This document shows positions 62,093 through 64,000 of a stretch of 64,000 nt of DNA, piece after piece. The translations under genes and the position numbers were made by a program. Below the pieces are notes generated by a model. It searched no databases. It saw nothing but the letters and a program-made list of their open reading frames with translations, and was not told the DNA's origin. Source of the DNA: Elusimicrobiota bacterium. Lineage in GTDB: Bacteria; Elusimicrobiota; Elusimicrobia; JACQPE01. The stretch's first letter is position 1. Every line of letters begins with the position of its first letter. The stretch is taken from contig JACQPE010000004.1 of the NCBI GenBank assembly GCA_016207685.1, forward strand, positions 1,559 to 65,558. Direction: 5' to 3'.

Positions 62093-63565
62093 TCAAGCCG
62101 GGGGATTGGCGGCGCCTAATTCCCGGCGCAGGAGGTTCTCAAGTTTCTGGGGATGGGCTTGGCCTTTGGTTTTGCGCATGACGGCGCCGATTAAGGACTG
62201 GATGGCTTTGTCTTTGCCGGCTTTGTATTCAGCTACGGGTTTGGGGTTTTCGGCAATGGCTTGGCGCACGAAACCGAGCAAATCGCCGTCCGACGAGATC
62301 AGCGTCACACCGCTTTGTTTGTAGGCCTCCTCCGCGGTAATATCCGAATGATCAAAAATTTTCAAAAATAAGTCTTTGGAAAGACGGCTGGAAAGATCTT
62401 TGGCGGCGACCAGCTTAATAAATCCGGCCAGGCGTTCAGCGGTCACGGGGCTTTGAGCCACGCTTTTTTGGCGCTCCCTTAAGGTTCCCAACAAATCGTT
62501 CAATATCCAATTGGCCACGCTTTTGGGATTGATCGTGCCGCCATCGGCCGTCACAAGCTCACAGGTTGCGTCAAAAAGATCGGGGACGCCCTCGTCTTCA
62601 TGAAACGCCAAGGCCTTCGCCTCCTTGGCGGGAATCCCCAACTTCTCATAACGCCTCACCTTGGCCAAAGGCAATTCGGGCAGCGCTGCGCGCCATTGGT
62701 TAATCCAAACCTCATCCAGCACCAAAGGCGGCAGATCCGGTTCCGGAAAATACCGATAATCACTCGCCTCTTCCTTGCTGCGGAGTTTCTGCGTTTGATT
62801 GTTCGCTGCGTCCCAGAGGCGGGTTTCAAGCGCGATCCTTTCCCCTGCTTCAAGAGCCCGGCGTTGCCGCGCGATTTCGTAATCTAAGGCATCACGCACG
62901 GCCTTAAAAGAATTCAGATTTTTGATCTCCACGCGCTGGCCAAAGGAGCCATCGGTGTTGGTGACTGAAACGTTCACGTCCACCCGAAGCTCGCCTTTTT
63001 CCATGTCGCAGTTAGAGACCCCCAAGGCGCGCAGCGTCGTGCGCAAGGCCACCAAAAAATCGCTCGCTTGCGCCGGTGTTTCAAAATCAGGCTCGGTCAC
63101 AGTTTCCGCCAGGGGAACCCCCGCTCTGTTGTAATCGGCCAGGCTATAATCGAGATCGCGATTTCCGATCGCATGCAGGAGTTTGCCCGCATCTTCTTCC
63201 AAATGAATGCGCCGGATGTGGATAGTTTTGACGGCGCCATCGCTTGCGACGTCCAAACGGCCATTTTCACAGATGGGCTTGTCGTATTGGGAAATCTGAT
63301 AATTTTTAGGCAGATCCGGATAAAAATAATTTTTGCGCGCAAAAATCGAAGTCGAGCGAATCGCGCAATCCATGGCCAAGCCCATCTGCACGATGCGCTC
63401 AACAGCGCCTTTATTTGTGACCGGTAAAACCCCAGGGTCCCCCACACAAATTGGGCATATATTGCTGTTGGGCGGCCTGCCGAAGGAATCTGTCCGGCAA
63501 GCGCAAAAAAGCTTGCTCTCGGTATTGAGCTGAACATGGATTTCAAGGCCTATCACAGGGCGCAT
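62093..63565 (-). CDS. gatB: aspartyl/glutamyl-tRNA(Asn/Gln) amidotransferase subunit B
   Basis: MRPVIGLEIHVQLNTESKLFCAC. Confidence 0.9.
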   Translation of the reverse strand: MRPVIGLEIHVQLNTESKLFCACRTDSFGRPPNSNICPICVGDPGVLPVTNKGAVERIVQMGLAMDCAIRSTSIFARKNYFYPDLPKNYQISQYDKPICENGRLDVASDGAVKTIHIRRIHLEEDAGKLLHAIGNRDLDYSLADYNRAGVPLAETVTEPDFETPAQASDFLVALRTTLRALGVSNCDMEKGELRVDVNVSVTNTDGSFGQRVEIKNLNSFKAVRDALDYEIARQRRALEAGERIALETRLWDAANNQTQKLRSKEEASDYRYFPEPDLPPLVLDEVWINQWRAALPELPLAKVRRYEKLGIPAKEAKALAFHEDEGVPDLFDATCELVTADGGTINPKSVANWILNDLLGTLRERQKSVAQSPVTAERLAGFIKLVAAKDLSSRLSKDLFLKIFDHSDITAEEAYKQSGVTLISSDGDLLGFVRQAIAENPKPVAEYKAGKDKAIQSLIGAVMRKTKGQAHPQKLENLLRRELGAANPPA

Positions 63566-63612
63566 GGTTTTCCCGAAAAGTATATACTTTCTCCGAGGGA
63601 AAATTTTCGATC

Positions 63613-64000
63613 ATGGAGGATACGATGGACTGGGGAATCAAAAATCGGATTTCACGAATTATCAAACCTAAAACAGGAAAAACAGTGATGCTGGCCGTGG
63701 ATCACGGCTATTTTTTAGGGCCCACCACGGGTTTGGAAGACGCCCGGGCCACGGTCGCGCCCCTGGCGCCCTATGCCGATGCCATCATGCTCACGCGTGG
63801 AATTTTGCGCAACTGCGCAGACCCCTCTTGGAACGCTCCGATCGTGTTGCGCGTTTCGGGCGGCGCCAGCATCTTGACCGAACTTTCCAACGAAACGATC
63901 ACCGTGACCATGGAGGAGGCCCTGCGGCTTAACGCCAGCGCCGTGACTAACTCCATTTTTATCGGCGCGCCCCATGAAAAAGAATCTCTTGTCGGGCTTT
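63613..64000 (+). CDS. class I (DhnA/FbaB-type) aldolase family protein, 3' partial at window edge
   Basis: MEDTMDWGIKNRISRIIKPKTGKTVMLAVDHGYFLGPTTGLED; ORF runs off the window. Confidence 0.5.
   Translation, partial: MEDTMDWGIKNRISRIIKPKTGKTVMLAVDHGYFLGPTTGLEDARATVAPLAPYADAIMLTRGILRNCADPSWNAPIVLRVSGGASILTELSNETITVTMEEALRLNASAVTNSIFIGAPHEKESLVGL

Overview
This 64-kb window is a moderately GC-rich, gene-dense stretch of a diderm bacterial chromosome; most genes are on the minus strand. The lineage is not identifiable from sequence alone.

Genes present:
- Housekeeping and information processing: htrA/degP, dprA-topA, a XerC/D-family recombinase, comM, ppdK, rnhA, gatB, queF, tRNA-Arg, tRNA-Ser and RNase P RNA.
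- A division/cell-wall (dcw) cluster, rsmH-ftsL-ftsI-murE ... murF-mraY-murD-ftsW. It lacks mraZ, whose place is taken by a divergent rnpB. An ~8.5-kb block is inserted between murE and murF, carrying a HAMP adenylate cyclase, a porin, a PstS-like fragment, a secreted HExxH protein, a LysE exporter, deoC and an aldehyde dehydrogenase fusion.
- A methylmalonyl-CoA mutase / MeaB operon that also contains a PilB/GspE-like ATPase and a GAF plus degenerate HD-GYP protein.
- A LolA-like / FtsX / ABC / outer-membrane-protein export operon.
- A class-III-type PHA synthase.
- Two cysteine-rich secreted proteins of unknown function.

No CRISPR array, prophage or IS element is visible. The most unusual signal is in the non-coding DNA. 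Short tandem repeats, almost all 7-nt units, sit at nearly every intergenic junction of the dcw cluster and elsewhere, often as inverted pairs of arrays. One array fuses two ALDH reading frames in frame. A (TG)11 tract frameshifts a SAM-methyltransferase gene. A 28-nt element recurs at two convergent gene junctions. A phased array of AGGACT..AGTCCT palindromes precedes one secreted-protein gene.
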